From Lepidodermella squamata (Eukaryota > Animalia > Gastrotricha), in the NCBI GenBank assembly GCA_047495785.1, contig JBLDXI010000074.1, positions 558,001 to 622,000 on the forward strand: DNA of 64,000 bases. Direction: 5' to 3'. This document shows positions 63,528-64,000 of the stretch, in pieces (positions within the stretch are counted from its first letter, which is position 1; every line of letters starts with the position of its first letter). The notes beneath the pieces were generated by a model. The model ran no database searches and was not told where the DNA came from. It saw nothing but the letters and a program-made list of their open reading frames with translations. Made by a program: the position numbers and the translations under genes.

Positions 63528-64000
63528 TCTGAAATTGGAAATTCGAATGTATTTCAATTTGAAAATTGACAAAAACATATCAGGGTCCTTTAGTTCTAAA
63601 ATGTGAGTACAGCAATGAAAAATCACACTGCTAAGGAAAAGGTTCGCTAACGATTCAATTCCCAATTGGAGATTAAACGCCCTGACAGCAGGAATTTCTA
63701 GCCCACAGATAAATCAAATTTTTCTATGAAAATCGATAACAAAATTTGCTTTAGCTGCCGCCTTCATTTAATGGCCAAAGTAGCCTTACACTCATGTTGA
63801 TTCTATTGCAAAATGTATTGCAAGCTGGCGTTATGTTCATAACATCTGCTTCTAATGGGCTGGAGATTGATAAAGTAGGCTAACATTTATAACGTGCTTT
63901 CATAAGGATAAGCTACTCTTGAGCCATTTCGAATCATTTTACTAAAATTACTCAAGTTCATAAAAAAATATTGCAAAAAATGTAATAAAATTTGAAAAGT

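Overview
This is animal (invertebrate) nuclear DNA, not prokaryotic: genes are spliced, with many GT-AG introns of about 45-60 nt, TTTCAG-type acceptors and AATAAA signals. Most entries in the ORF track are exon fragments or antisense shadows. The right half holds conserved genes: a short ankyrin protein, eIF6, a secreted 7-Kunitz-domain protein, Acinus (ACIN1) and the 3' part of Dopey/DOP1. The left 29 kb is a fast-evolving, repeat-rich accessory region. It contains two ankyrin/SOCS-box (ASB-like) paralogs, one split by a 3.1 kb inverted-repeat-bounded insertion lying inside a 289-bp perfect-identity tract. It also has an orphan secreted protein, a SABATH-family methyltransferase, a chromovirus-type Ty3/Gypsy remnant, several MITEs and a PX-domain gene. 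The most notable feature is a three-copy family of small secreted precursors: signal peptide, acidic pro-region with repeated xAR sites, His/Gly-rich cationic segment, and a variable C-terminal C-PPx-CC-xPxx-C peptide. It resembles an undescribed toxin or defence-peptide family. A CGCG-rich stretch of about 12.5 kb without convincing genes (28.7-41.2 kb) separates the two halves. All gene models were assembled by eye; the species cannot be determined from this window.
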